Of a DNA stretch of 64,000 nucleotides, positions 48,428 through 57,479 are shown in pieces (within the stretch, counting starts at the first letter, position 1; every line of letters starts with the position of its first letter). Both the position numbers and the translations under genes were made by a program. This DNA is from Deferrisomatales bacterium (GTDB taxonomy: Bacteria; Desulfobacterota; Deferrisomatia; Deferrisomatales; JACRMM01): assembly GCA_033551855.1 (NCBI GenBank), contig JAWSUI010000001.1, positions 1-64,000 of the forward strand, read 5' to 3'. Below the pieces are notes generated by a model. The model was not told where the DNA came from, ran no database searches, and saw only the letters and a list, made by a program, of their open reading frames with translations.

Positions 48428-51400
48428 ATGTCCCCGAACCGCAACGGCAATCCCAGGAAGGTGGGTTCGGTCCTCGTCGTGGGGGGCGGCGTGGCCGGGA
48501 TGCGGGCGGCCGCCGATCTGGCGGAGACCGGGCTCCAGGTGTACCTGGTGGAGGCCGCCCCGGGACTCGGCGGCCGGGTCTCCCAGCTCGGCTTCATGTT
48601 CCCCACCCACGACTGTGTGCTCTGTCGGGGCTCCCCGGACCACGGATACGGGTGCACGCGCCCCTCCATCTCCCCCGCCTTTCAGGACCACAACCTCCAC
48701 CCGAACATCGAGGTCATGACCCTGACCGAGGTGGTGGGTTTCGAAGGCCAGGTGGGGAGCTTCACCGTCACCCTGCGCCGCCATCCACGGCACGTGGACA
48801 CCGAGCGGTGCATCAACTGCCGCCTGTGTGCCGTGGTGTGCCCGGCATCCGTCCCGAGCGAGTTCCAGATGGGGATGTCCAACCGGAAGGCCGCGTACAA
48901 GACGGCGCCCCGGTCCATCCCGGACGCCTACGTCATCGAGAAGGGCCCCTGGTGTGAGGGCTGCGGCAAGTGCGAGCGCATCTGCCCCACGGGCGCCGTG
49001 GCCCTGGACGAGGAGCCGCAGACCGAGACCATTCGGGTCGGCGCCGCCATCCTGGCCCTCGGCTATCAGCTCTTCGACCCCTCCGCCCTCGAGGAGTTCG
49101 GGTACCGCCGCTATGCCAACGTCCTCACGTCGATGCAGTTCGAGCGTCTCGCGAGCCGGTCGGGCCCCACCGAGGGGATGGTGGCGCGGCTCTCGGACGG
49201 CCGGAAACCCGGGCGGATCGCCTGGCTCCAGTGCATCGGGTCCCGGGATCGCGAGCACCCCTACTGCTCCTCCATCTGCTGCATGATCGCGACCAAGCAG
49301 GCCATGCTCGCCAAGCAGCGCCTCGAGGACGTGGGCTGCCAGGTGTTCGTCATGGACGAGCGGGCGTTCAACAAGGAGTACACCAAGTACTACCACCGGG
49401 CCGTGGAGTCCCACGGGGTGATCTACACGCGCTGCCGCGTGAGCGCGATCCGGGAGGACCCCAAGACCCGCGACCTGCTGCTGCGGTTCCCCGACGAAGA
49501 GGGGAACCTGGTGGAGGAGCGCTTCGGCATGGTGGTGCTGGCGGTGGGCATGCAGCCCCCGGCCCGGTCCGCCGAGCTGGCCCGGATGATGGGGATCGAG
49601 CTCAACGCCCACGGCTTCTGCGAGACCGACAAGTTCCAGCCCCTCCAGACGAGCCAGCCGGGCGTCTACGTGGCCGGCGCGTTCCAGTCCCCGAAGGAGA
49701 TCGCCGAGACCGTCTTCGACGCCGCGGGCGCCGCGGGCGAGGTCATGCGCGTCTTCCACGACGTCCTGGGGGGCCTTCCCGCCCCCCGGGAGTACCCCTT
49801 CCTGGCGCGCACGGCGGGTTTCCCCGCCGAACGGGACGTGTCCGGGGAGAGCGCCCGCACCGGGGTCTTCCTCTGCGGGTGCGGACCGGTGGTGGCCCAG
49901 AGCCTGGACCTCGAGGGAATGGCCGAGTACGCCGGAGCGTTGCCCGGGGTGGCCCACACCACCATCGTGCCCCTGGCCTGCTTCCCCGAAGGCGTCGAGA
50001 CCATCCAGGAGACCGTGGAGGCCCACGGCCTCAACCGGGTCGTCGTGGCGGCCTGCAGCCCCCGCACCCACGAGGCCCTCTTCCAGAGGGCGGTGCGACA
50101 GGTTGGTCTCAACCCGTATCTCCTGGAGATGGTCAACCTCAGGGAGTACTGCGCCTGGGTGCACGACCGGCAGCCCGCCGAGGCCACCCGCAAGGCCAAG
50201 GAGCTGGTGCGCGCCGGTGTCCTTCGGGCCGCCCGCCTGCTCCCGGTGCACCGGACCCCGATCCAGCCCTACCGGCGGGCCCTGGTGCTGGGCGGGGGTG
50301 TGGCCGGCATCACCGCGGCGCTGACCGTGGCCGACAGCGGGTACGATGTGACCCTGCTGGAGCGCTCGGAGGCCCTCGGGGGCAACGTGCGGCACATCTA
50401 CTACCTCGCCGAGGGGCTGAACCCCCAGCGGCTTCTCCGGGACCTGATCAACCGGGTTCGAGGCCACCACCGGATCGACGTGCTGACCGAGGCGGAAGTG
50501 GAGAGCTCCAGCGGTTCGATCGGGAACTTCCGCACCCTGGTGCGGACCGCCGAGGGCCAAGTGGAGGTGGAGCACGGCGTGACCATCGTGGCCACCGGCG
50601 GCCGGGAGGGGACCGCCGAGGCCTACCTCCACGGAGAGGACGAGAGGGTGGTGACCCAACTGGAGCTGGAGGACTGGCTCGCCCACCAGCCGGAGCGCAT
50701 CGCCGGCATGAAGAGCGTGGTCATGATCCAGTGCGTGCAGCCCGCGGAGGCGGAGTCCTTCTACTGCTCCCGCACCTGCTGCACCAACACCATGAAGAAC
50801 GCGATCCGGGTGAAGATGCTCAGCCCGGAGTGCCAGGTCACGGTCCTCTACAAGGACATCATCACCTACGGCTTTCGGGAGCAGTTCTACACCGAGGCCC
50901 GCCGCCGGGGCGTGGTCTTCGTGCGGTACTCGGATGACCGCCGGCCCGAGGTGACCCCCTCGGCCGACTCGCTCCGCCTCCGGGTCCTCGACCCGTCCTT
51001 GGACCGCGTGTACACCCTGGAGCCGGACCTGGTCGCCCTGAGCATGTCCATCATCCCGGCCGACGGCACCCGGGAGCTGGCGCACGCCCTCCGGCTACCC
51101 CTGTCCAGCGAGGGCTTCTTCCTCGAGGCGGACCTCAAGATGCGCCCCATGGACTTTCAGGCCGAGGGGGTCTTCCTCTGCGGCATGGCGCACTACCCTC
51201 GGTTCCTCGAGGAGGCCATCTCCAGCGCCCAGGCCGCTGCGGGGCGCTCCCTCACGATCTTGAGCATGGACCCCTTCTACACCGGCGGGGTCGTGGCCGA
51301 GGTGGACCCGGACCGGTGCGTGGGCTGCCTCACCTGCGTGCGCACCTGCCCGTTCCACATCCCCGCGATGGAGTACGACCACCCCGGGGTAGGGGGTCTC

Positions 51401-51580
51401 GGGGGACACGCCCGGATCGACCCCGCCCTGTGCCAGGGGTGTGGTTCCTGCACGGGGGAGTGCCCGGCGGTGGCGATCCAACTGGCACACTACCGGGACG
51501 AACAGGTGATGACCGGGGGCCTTGGGGCCTGGGAGACCGGCGGCCCGGCGATCGGCACCACAGGAGCGCACAGCCCATGA
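48428..51580 (+). CDS. hdrA: HdrA-like flavoprotein (two HdrA units, no GltD insert; copy 2)
   Basis: GGGVAG..MFPTHDC; 2x[4Fe-4S]; QCIGSRD..YCSSICC; GVFLCGCG; second GGGVAG; C-terminal ferredoxin. Confidence 0.9.
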   Translation: MSPNRNGNPRKVGSVLVVGGGVAGMRAAADLAETGLQVYLVEAAPGLGGRVSQLGFMFPTHDCVLCRGSPDHGYGCTRPSISPAFQDHNLHPNIEVMTLTEVVGFEGQVGSFTVTLRRHPRHVDTERCINCRLCAVVCPASVPSEFQMGMSNRKAAYKTAPRSIPDAYVIEKGPWCEGCGKCERICPTGAVALDEEPQTETIRVGAAILALGYQLFDPSALEEFGYRRYANVLTSMQFERLASRSGPTEGMVARLSDGRKPGRIAWLQCIGSRDREHPYCSSICCMIATKQAMLAKQRLEDVGCQVFVMDERAFNKEYTKYYHRAVESHGVIYTRCRVSAIREDPKTRDLLLRFPDEEGNLVEERFGMVVLAVGMQPPARSAELARMMGIELNAHGFCETDKFQPLQTSQPGVYVAGAFQSPKEIAETVFDAAGAAGEVMRVFHDVLGGLPAPREYPFLARTAGFPAERDVSGESARTGVFLCGCGPVVAQSLDLEGMAEYAGALPGVAHTTIVPLACFPEGVETIQETVEAHGLNRVVVAACSPRTHEALFQRAVRQVGLNPYLLEMVNLREYCAWVHDRQPAEATRKAKELVRAGVLRAARLLPVHRTPIQPYRRALVLGGGVAGITAALTVADSGYDVTLLERSEALGGNVRHIYYLAEGLNPQRLLRDLINRVRGHHRIDVLTEAEVESSSGSIGNFRTLVRTAEGQVEVEHGVTIVATGGREGTAEAYLHGEDERVVTQLELEDWLAHQPERIAGMKSVVMIQCVQPAEAESFYCSRTCCTNTMKNAIRVKMLSPECQVTVLYKDIITYGFREQFYTEARRRGVVFVRYSDDRRPEVTPSADSLRLRVLDPSLDRVYTLEPDLVALSMSIIPADGTRELAHALRLPLSSEGFFLEADLKMRPMDFQAEGVFLCGMAHYPRFLEEAISSAQAAAGRSLTILSMDPFYTGGVVAEVDPDRCVGCLTCVRTCPFHIPAMEYDHPGVGGLGGHARIDPALCQGCGSCTGECPAVAIQLAHYRDEQVMTGGLGAWETGGPAIGTTGAHSP

Positions 51581-52047
51581 TCGAGAGCCGGCCCCCGGCG
51601 GCCCCCCCCTTCGAGCCCGAGCTGACGGCCTTCACCTGCGCATACTGCGCGTACATGTCGGGGGACACCGCCGGCGCGCTCCGCCTCCAGTACCCCGCCA
51701 GCGTCAAGGTGGTGCGGCTTCCCTGCACCGGGAAGACCGATGCGCGCTACCTGCTCCGGGCTTTCGAGGAGGGGGCCGACGGCGTGTACGTGCTCGCGTG
51801 CCCCATCGGCAACTGCCACCACGTACGGGGCAACGAGCGGGCCAGGGCCCGGGTGGCGCAGACACGGAAGCTCCTGGAGCAGGTGGGCCTGGAAGGGGGA
51901 CGGCTCGACATCTTCTTCCTCTCCGGGGGCATGGGTGAGGGCTTTGCGGTGGCGGCTCGGGAGATGACCGAGCGCATCCGCAAGCTGGGCCCGAACCCGC
52001 TGAGAAACGGACGAGGGTTGGACGGGATGACAGGATGCACAGGATGA
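51577..52047 (+). CDS. mvhD: MvhD-like [2Fe-2S] subunit, Cys form (copy 2)
   Basis: AFTCAYCAY, VRLPCTGK, GADGVYVLACPIGNCHH..GN, LGPNPL. Confidence 0.9.
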   Translation: MIESRPPAAPPFEPELTAFTCAYCAYMSGDTAGALRLQYPASVKVVRLPCTGKTDARYLLRAFEEGADGVYVLACPIGNCHHVRGNERARARVAQTRKLLEQVGLEGGRLDIFFLSGGMGEGFAVAAREMTERIRKLGPNPLRNGRGLDGMTGCTG

Positions 52048-52143
52048 CCAGGAAGGGGGGGCTGGACGGTTCCCGGGGTCCTGGCAGCCGAGCCACGCCC
52101 ACGAGAGGAGGCTTATCCTGTAGATCCTGCGAATCCTGTCCAA
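52018..52143. repeat. ACRGGAT inverted-repeat element 3 (mvhD2/metV2 junction)
   Basis: TTGGACGGGATGACAGGATGCACAGGATGA-N65-TTATCCTGTAGATCCTGCGAATCCTGTCCAA; the left arm supplies the mvhD2 stop codon. Confidence 0.82.
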
Positions 52144-52162
52144 CAGAACGCGAGGTGTTCTC

Positions 52163-52912
52163 ATGATCGTCGGCGAGCAGAAGCCACTGGCGGAGATCAA
52201 GGGGTTCCTGGACGGGGCGCAGAAGGTCCTTGTGGCAGGGTGCGGCACCTGCGTCACCGTGTGCCTGGCCGGGGGCGAGAAGGAGGCCCAGCTCCTGGCC
52301 TCCGCCCTGCGCATGGCGACGACGCTCGACGACGCCACCCGTCAGGTGAGCGACGTCACGGTGCAGCGCCAGTGCGAGTGGGAGTACCTGGACACCATCG
52401 GGGAGCGGGTGCGGGACGCAGATCTGGTGGTATCGCTCGCCTGCGGCATCGGGGTGCAGGCCATGGCGCGGCACTTCCCCGACCAGTGGGTCGTACCCGG
52501 CCTCAACACCACCTTCCTGGGACTCCCCGAGGAGCAGGGCGTCTGGACCGAGCAGTGCCAGGCCTGCGGCAACTGCATGCTCGGCCTGACCGGGGGGATC
52601 TGCCCCATCGCCCGATGCTCGAAGCAGGTGCAGAACGGGCCCTGCGGTGGCTCCGAGAACGGCCTGTGCGAGGTCAAACGCGTCAAACGGGAGAACGGCA
52701 TCCCGGTGATGAGAGCCGATGCGCGAGGCAGGCAGGCTCCCGTCACCGAGGATGTGGAGTGCGCGTGGCACCTGATCCACGAGCGCCTCAAATGCCTCGG
52801 GCGGCTCGACCTGATCCGAGGCGTCCAGGAGCCCAAGGACTGGTCCACCTCCCGGGACGGCGGCCCCCGCCGCATCGTCCGGGAAGACCTGCTCCTGCTG
52901 GACGAGGAATAG
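52163..52912 (+). CDS. metV: Methylene-THF reductase subunit MetV (copy 2)
   Basis: Same Cys motifs as 44935-45654, plus an insertion of about 23 aa after LCEV. Confidence 0.88.
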   Translation: MIVGEQKPLAEIKGFLDGAQKVLVAGCGTCVTVCLAGGEKEAQLLASALRMATTLDDATRQVSDVTVQRQCEWEYLDTIGERVRDADLVVSLACGIGVQAMARHFPDQWVVPGLNTTFLGLPEEQGVWTEQCQACGNCMLGLTGGICPIARCSKQVQNGPCGGSENGLCEVKRVKRENGIPVMRADARGRQAPVTEDVECAWHLIHERLKCLGRLDLIRGVQEPKDWSTSRDGGPRRIVREDLLLLDEE

Positions 52913-52924
52913 GAAAAGGCCGGT

Positions 52925-53037
52925 TTGGACAGGATAACAGGATGGACGGGATGAAGACGGCGGGCGAACCTGCGGGGCGGATTAACCGGCCAGGGCGTAA
53001 GCCGACCTGAACGTTCACATCCCGGTCATCCTGTCAA
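52925..53037. repeat. ACRGGAT inverted-repeat element 4 (metV2/metF2 junction)
   Basis: TTGGACAGGATAACAGGATGGACGGGATGA ... CATCCCGGTCATCCTGTCAA. Confidence 0.78.
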
Positions 53038-53064
53038 GGGACGTCCTACTCGTGGGGTTTTGAG

Positions 53065-54042
53065 ATGACGACGGACAACGGCTACAAGTCGGGCAGCAAC
53101 CTGGAGAAGGTCCTTCGGGCGGGCCATTTCGCCGTGACCGGGGAGCTCGGCCCCCCCCAGAGCTCGGACGGCGACCACATCCGCAAGAAGGCCGCGCACC
53201 TGAAGGGCGCGGTGGACGCGGTGAACGTCACGGACAACCAGACGGCCGTCGTCCGGATGTCGAGTCTGGGGGCCTCGATCATCGCCGTGCAGGAGGGCCT
53301 GGAGCCGGTCATGCAGATGACCTGCCGGGACCGCAACCGGCTGGCGATGCAGGCAGACTATCTGAGCGCCTACGCCCTGGGCATCCGCAACATGCTCGCC
53401 CTGACCGGCGACCACCAGTCCTTCGGAAACCACCCGACGGCCAAGAACGTCCACGACCTGGACTCCCTGCAGCAGCTCCGCATGATGAAGGACCTGCGGG
53501 ACGGGCGGAAGTTCCAATGCGGCGACCCGGTGAAGGGGTGCGAACCCCGGTTCTTCATCGGGGCGGCGGCGGCCCCCGAGGCCCACCCGGTGGAGTGGCG
53601 GCCCCAGCGCCTGGCGAAGAAGGCCGCCGCCGGGGCGGACTTCGTGCAGACCCAGCTCGTGTACAACGTGCCGGCCTTTCGGCGGTACATGGAGGAGGTG
53701 CGCAGGCTCCGGGTCCACGAGAGGCTAGCCATCCTGGTCGGGGTCGGGCCGCTGAAGGGACCGGCCATGGCGAAGTACATGCGGGACTTCGTCCCGGGGA
53801 TCACCGTGCCCGACTACGTGATCGAGCGGATCGAAACCGCCGCCCGGGGCATCCCCCCCGAGGAGAAGGAGGAGCGCCAGCGGGTATGGCGCGCCGAGGG
53901 GCTCAAGATGTGCATCGAGCTGATCCAGGAGCTCCGGGAGGTCGAAGGGGTGGCGGGAGCCCACGTCATGGCCATCGAGTGGGAGGAGGCGGTGCGGCCC
54001 ATCGTCGAGGGCGCCGGCCTCCTGCCGCGGCCCGTGGTGTGA
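53065..54042 (+). CDS. metF: Methylenetetrahydrofolate reductase (copy 2)
   Basis: GELGPP, NVTDNQ, QMTCRDRN, LTGDH, FVQTQ. Confidence 0.92.
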   Translation: MTTDNGYKSGSNLEKVLRAGHFAVTGELGPPQSSDGDHIRKKAAHLKGAVDAVNVTDNQTAVVRMSSLGASIIAVQEGLEPVMQMTCRDRNRLAMQADYLSAYALGIRNMLALTGDHQSFGNHPTAKNVHDLDSLQQLRMMKDLRDGRKFQCGDPVKGCEPRFFIGAAAAPEAHPVEWRPQRLAKKAAAGADFVQTQLVYNVPAFRRYMEEVRRLRVHERLAILVGVGPLKGPAMAKYMRDFVPGITVPDYVIERIETAARGIPPEEKEERQRVWRAEGLKMCIELIQELREVEGVAGAHVMAIEWEEAVRPIVEGAGLLPRPVV

Positions 54043-54058
54043 CACACCGGGCCCCCAA

Positions 54059-54087
54059 CATCCCGTCGATCCCGTTATCCCGTCGAA
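54059..54087. repeat. Solo right arm of the ACRGGAT element (metF2/hdrCB2 junction)
   Basis: CATCCCGTCGATCCCGTTATCCCGTCGAA directly before the SD. Confidence 0.65.
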
Positions 54088-54098
54088 AAGGGGTTTCG

Positions 54099-55508
54099 AT
54101 GGAACCAGTAACCACGACCAACCAGCTTCGCCCGGACCTGGCCCGCGAGATCGAGGCCCGCACCGGGCAGAACGCGTTCCTGTGCTACCAGTGTGTGCGG
54201 TGCACCAGCGGGTGCCCGATGACCGAGTTCTACGACTACACCCCCAACCAGGTGATGCGGCTCGTCCAGATCGGCGACGAGGAGGCCGCGCTGGGGGCCC
54301 GGACGCCCTGGCTGTGCGCCTCGTGCCAGACCTGCAGCACCCGGTGCCCCCAGGGTCTCGACATCGCCCGGGTCATGGAGACCCTGACCCAGGTGTCCCA
54401 CGAGCGGGGCATCGAGCCCGCGGTCCCCGACGTCGCCCTCTTCCACAAGATCTTCCTCAAGGACGCCAAGATCTTCGGCCGGGTGTACGAGCTGGGATTG
54501 ATGGGCGCGATGAACCTCCTGTCCGGGAACTGGTTCCAGGACATGGACCTGGGCGTGGCGATGTTCAAGAAGTCCAAGATCAGCCTGCTGCCGTCGGTGG
54601 CCCGGTCGCGACCCGACCGCCAGAAGGACCGACACCCCGCGGTCAACCAGGTGGGCTACTACCCGGGGTGCTCCCTCCACTCCCTGGCCAAGGAGTTCGA
54701 CACGTCCTTCCGCGCTTCGGCCCGCGCCCTCGGGTACCACCTGGTGGAGCCCAACGGGTGGACCTGCTGCGGGGCGAGCCCTGCCCACCACGTGGACCCC
54801 TACCTGGGAGTCAAGGCGCCGCTGGCAAACCTGTCCCTGGTGGAGGCCAGCGGCTTCGGCGAGGTCGTCGCCCCGTGCGCCGCGTGCTACAACCGGTTCA
54901 AGGCGGCCGACCACGACGTGCGTCGCGACCCGAAGCTCCGCGCACGAATCGACGCCGACCTGGGATACCGGTACCGGGGAGAGGTGGAGGTGCTGTCCAT
55001 TGCAGACTGGCTGGCCGGGCGCGTCGGCGTGGAGGCGATCCGGGGGAAGGTGGTCAAGCCTCTCGAGGGCCTCAAGGTGGTGTGCTACTACGGGTGCCTA
55101 CTCACCCGTCCGCCGGAGGTCACCGGCCACCCGCACCCCGAGTACCCGATGGAGCTCGACGAGGTGTGCCGGGCTCTCGGGGCCGAGAGCCTCGACTGGG
55201 ACGACAAGACCCTATGCTGCGGCGGCAGCCTGGCCGTGCCGGCCAAGGAGGTCATGCTCAAGCTCAGCCAGAACATCGTGGAGCACGCCCAAGAGGTCGG
55301 CGCCGACGTCATCGCCGTGGCGTGCCCGCTCTGCGACTCGAACCTCGACAGCCGCCAGCTCCAGATGCCGGGGCTCGCGAAGCGGACGCCGGTGCTCTAC
55401 GTGACCCAGCTCATGGCCCTGGCGTTCGGGCTGGGGGAAAAGGCGGCGGGTCTGGGCAAGAAGCTCGTCGACCCGCGGCCGGTGCTGCAGGAGAGAGGGC
55501 TTCTCTAG
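54099..55508 (+). CDS. HdrC-HdrB fusion (copy 2)
   Basis: CYQCVRCTSGCP, CASCQTCSTRCP, YYPGC, WTCCG, YYGC, LCCGG, ACPLC. Confidence 0.9.
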   Translation: MEPVTTTNQLRPDLAREIEARTGQNAFLCYQCVRCTSGCPMTEFYDYTPNQVMRLVQIGDEEAALGARTPWLCASCQTCSTRCPQGLDIARVMETLTQVSHERGIEPAVPDVALFHKIFLKDAKIFGRVYELGLMGAMNLLSGNWFQDMDLGVAMFKKSKISLLPSVARSRPDRQKDRHPAVNQVGYYPGCSLHSLAKEFDTSFRASARALGYHLVEPNGWTCCGASPAHHVDPYLGVKAPLANLSLVEASGFGEVVAPCAACYNRFKAADHDVRRDPKLRARIDADLGYRYRGEVEVLSIADWLAGRVGVEAIRGKVVKPLEGLKVVCYYGCLLTRPPEVTGHPHPEYPMELDEVCRALGAESLDWDDKTLCCGGSLAVPAKEVMLKLSQNIVEHAQEVGADVIAVACPLCDSNLDSRQLQMPGLAKRTPVLYVTQLMALAFGLGEKAAGLGKKLVDPRPVLQERGLL

Positions 55509-55551
55509 CAGGGCGCCGGTGTCCCGCACCGCCCACCCCGGAGGCTATCCC

Positions 55552-56190
55552 ATGCTCGTCAAGCACCTGATGACCCCAGACCCGGTCTCCATCGCCCCGG
55601 AGCAGTCCGTGGCCGAAGCGGGAGAGCTCATGACCGAGAAGGGCATCCGGCACCTCCCGGTGATGGAGGACGGCCGCCTGGTCGGACTGGTCACCCGTAC
55701 CTCCCTGGCCCAGGCCCTCCCGGGGCTCGGCACCGGACTGACGCGCTTCGAGTACAATTACCTCACCGCCAACACCAAGATCCGCGAGGTCATGATCCGG
55801 GACCCGGCCCTCGGCACCGAGGACATGGCGGCCGAGGAGGCCGCCCGGGTGATGAATGCCCAGAGGATCTCCAGCCTGGTGGTGGTGCGCGACGGCTTGC
55901 CCATCGGCATCATCACCGACACCAACATCTTCGAGGCCATGCTGGAGCTGCTCGGTGCCCGGCGGCAGGGGGTGCGCCTGACCGTCCACCTGGCCGCCAA
56001 GGCGGGGCAGCTCAGCCGAGTCTCCGGGGCCATCGCCGAGGCAGGCGGCAACATTTCCGCCGTGGGTGCCTGGCAGGTGGACGCCGGGACGTGGGGAGTG
56101 GTCATGAAGGTGGAGAACGTTCCCCCGGATCAGGCCGTCGGCGCGGTGCAGGGGATGCCCGGCGTCTCCCTGATCGACGTGCGAACCTAG
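55552..56190 (+). CDS. CBS-pair + ACT domain protein (AcuB-like)
   Basis: MTPDPVSI, IRHLPV, GIITDT; ACT-like G.LSRV...IAEAGGNI. Confidence 0.85.
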   Translation: MLVKHLMTPDPVSIAPEQSVAEAGELMTEKGIRHLPVMEDGRLVGLVTRTSLAQALPGLGTGLTRFEYNYLTANTKIREVMIRDPALGTEDMAAEEAARVMNAQRISSLVVVRDGLPIGIITDTNIFEAMLELLGARRQGVRLTVHLAAKAGQLSRVSGAIAEAGGNISAVGAWQVDAGTWGVVMKVENVPPDQAVGAVQGMPGVSLIDVRT

Positions 56191-56256
56191 CCCCCCCGGG
56201 GGCCTCGTGCCGGCAGCCCCGTGCTCCAGGGTCTTCCGGGGAAGGACGGGTTTTCG

Positions 56257-56441
56257 GGTTCTTCCGGTAAACCACCGGGTGGGCCCCCCCCCTCCGGCGG
56301 ACAATGCCGGACTATATGGTAGGTGGGCTCCCGCGCCGCATCCGGAATCCTCGCGGCATCGCGGCCCCCGATGTGGCTGCTCCCGTCGAGCGGCTGCCCG
56401 CCTGCGTGGCCGGGCCCACCCGGCCGTTTCTCGGAGGATCC
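56257..56441 (-). mobile_element. MITE copy B (inverted)
   Basis: Reverse complement aligns with copies A and C; TIR GGTTCTTCCGGTAAACCACCGGGTGGGCCC; extra TIR-like stub at 56229. Confidence 0.75.
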
Positions 56442-56945
56442 CTACTTCATCCCCCGGCTCACCAACAGCTCCAGGTCCTCCAGTAGGGACTGGAGGTCTT
56501 CCTCGTGTTCCACCTCCTGCTCCAGGATCGTCATGACCATGTTGTAGGTCACGATGTCCTTGCCTGCCACCGTCTTGAGGAGCGCGTCGTAGGTGCTGAT
56601 CGCGCACTGCTCGCCCTCGATGTTCTGCTGCAAAATCACCTTCACGTACTCGTCGTCCGGGGGCAGATACCCACAACCGGACCACTCGTACCAGAGCCGG
56701 GGCTCCGTCACGGGCTTGCCCCCGAGCTGGATGATGCGGTTGGCCACGAGGTCGGCGTGGGCGAGCTCCTCGGTGGCGTGCTGCAGCAGCTCGGCTGCGA
56801 CCGCGTCCTTCATGGGTCCCTTGACCACTTTCGCCCCCAGCCAGTACTGGTAATACGCAAACCACTCGTCCGAGAGCGCCTTGTTGAGGAGCTTCAAGAG
56901 CTCGTCGACGTCCAGGCCTACGATTTCCCTGCCGCGCGTTCCCAT
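56442..56945 (-). CDS. DPS-like (DPSL) ferritin-family protein
   Basis: ALSDEWFAYYQYW, EELAHA, RIIQLGG, CGY, GEQCAI, EVEHEED. Confidence 0.85.
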   Translation of the reverse strand: MGTRGREIVGLDVDELLKLLNKALSDEWFAYYQYWLGAKVVKGPMKDAVAAELLQHATEELAHADLVANRIIQLGGKPVTEPRLWYEWSGCGYLPPDDEYVKVILQQNIEGEQCAISTYDALLKTVAGKDIVTYNMVMTILEQEVEHEEDLQSLLEDLELLVSRGMK

Positions 56946-57206
56946 GGGTCCTCCTCCTGATGGGGCCTCGGGTGAGGCACGTCTACGTCGGGCTCCACGA
57001 TATCGCAGGCTCCGCGCCACGACTAGGCGGCCGAGGACGAACCGGGCCGGGGACGCTTCGGATCGGGGGGTTCTCGGACCGCCGTCGTCTGGTATGATGA
57101 GGGCTCCCCTTCCTGCCCCGCACCCGCGCCGGGGGCAGGAAGAGGCATGTACTCAGACGGGCGAAGCCCGGTTGGGGAGCCCTTCGGCGCGCTGGGGAGG
57201 CCGACC

Positions 57207-57401
57207 ATGGCCGAGGACGTGCGGAAAGAGGCGGCCCTCTACAACCTCGAAGGGGGCCAGCGGCACCTGGTCGTCCAGGGAGGTGTCGTCAAGGCGGTGG
57301 CGCCGGGGCTGCGGCTGGTGGAGGCCACGGAAGAGGAGAGGCAGCGGGTCGAGGGGACGGCCCCGGCCAAGGGGCCCCGGGAGTACGGTCTGCCGGTGTA
57401 G
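57207..57401 (+). CDS. Small hypothetical protein (64 aa)
   Basis: GGAGG SD, GC3-rich codons, followed by a hairpin. Confidence 0.6.
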   Translation: MAEDVRKEAALYNLEGGQRHLVVQGGVVKAVAPGLRLVEATEEERQRVEGTAPAKGPREYGLPV

Positions 57402-57427
57402 CCGGGGGGACTGCCGAAGCCGGAAAT

Positions 57428-57458
57428 GCGAAAGCCGGCCCTTAGGGCCGGCTTTCGC
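57428..57458. terminator. Bidirectional hairpin terminator
   Basis: GCGAAAGCCGGCCC-TTA-GGGCCGGCTTTCGC between convergent small ORFs. Confidence 0.7.
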
Positions 57459-57479
57459 TCTCGAAGACCGGTGACGCGG

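Noticed and set aside
44789..54087. CRISPR-like reading of the repeat/spacer elements
   Set aside because: The repeats are inverted pairs kilobases apart, not direct repeats in an array; no cas genes.
39794..55508. Class II benzoyl-CoA reductase (bam) or methanogen Hdr-hydrogenase cluster
   Set aside because: No tungsten AOR-family (BamB) or [NiFe] large subunit in the window; the partners are MetV and MetF.
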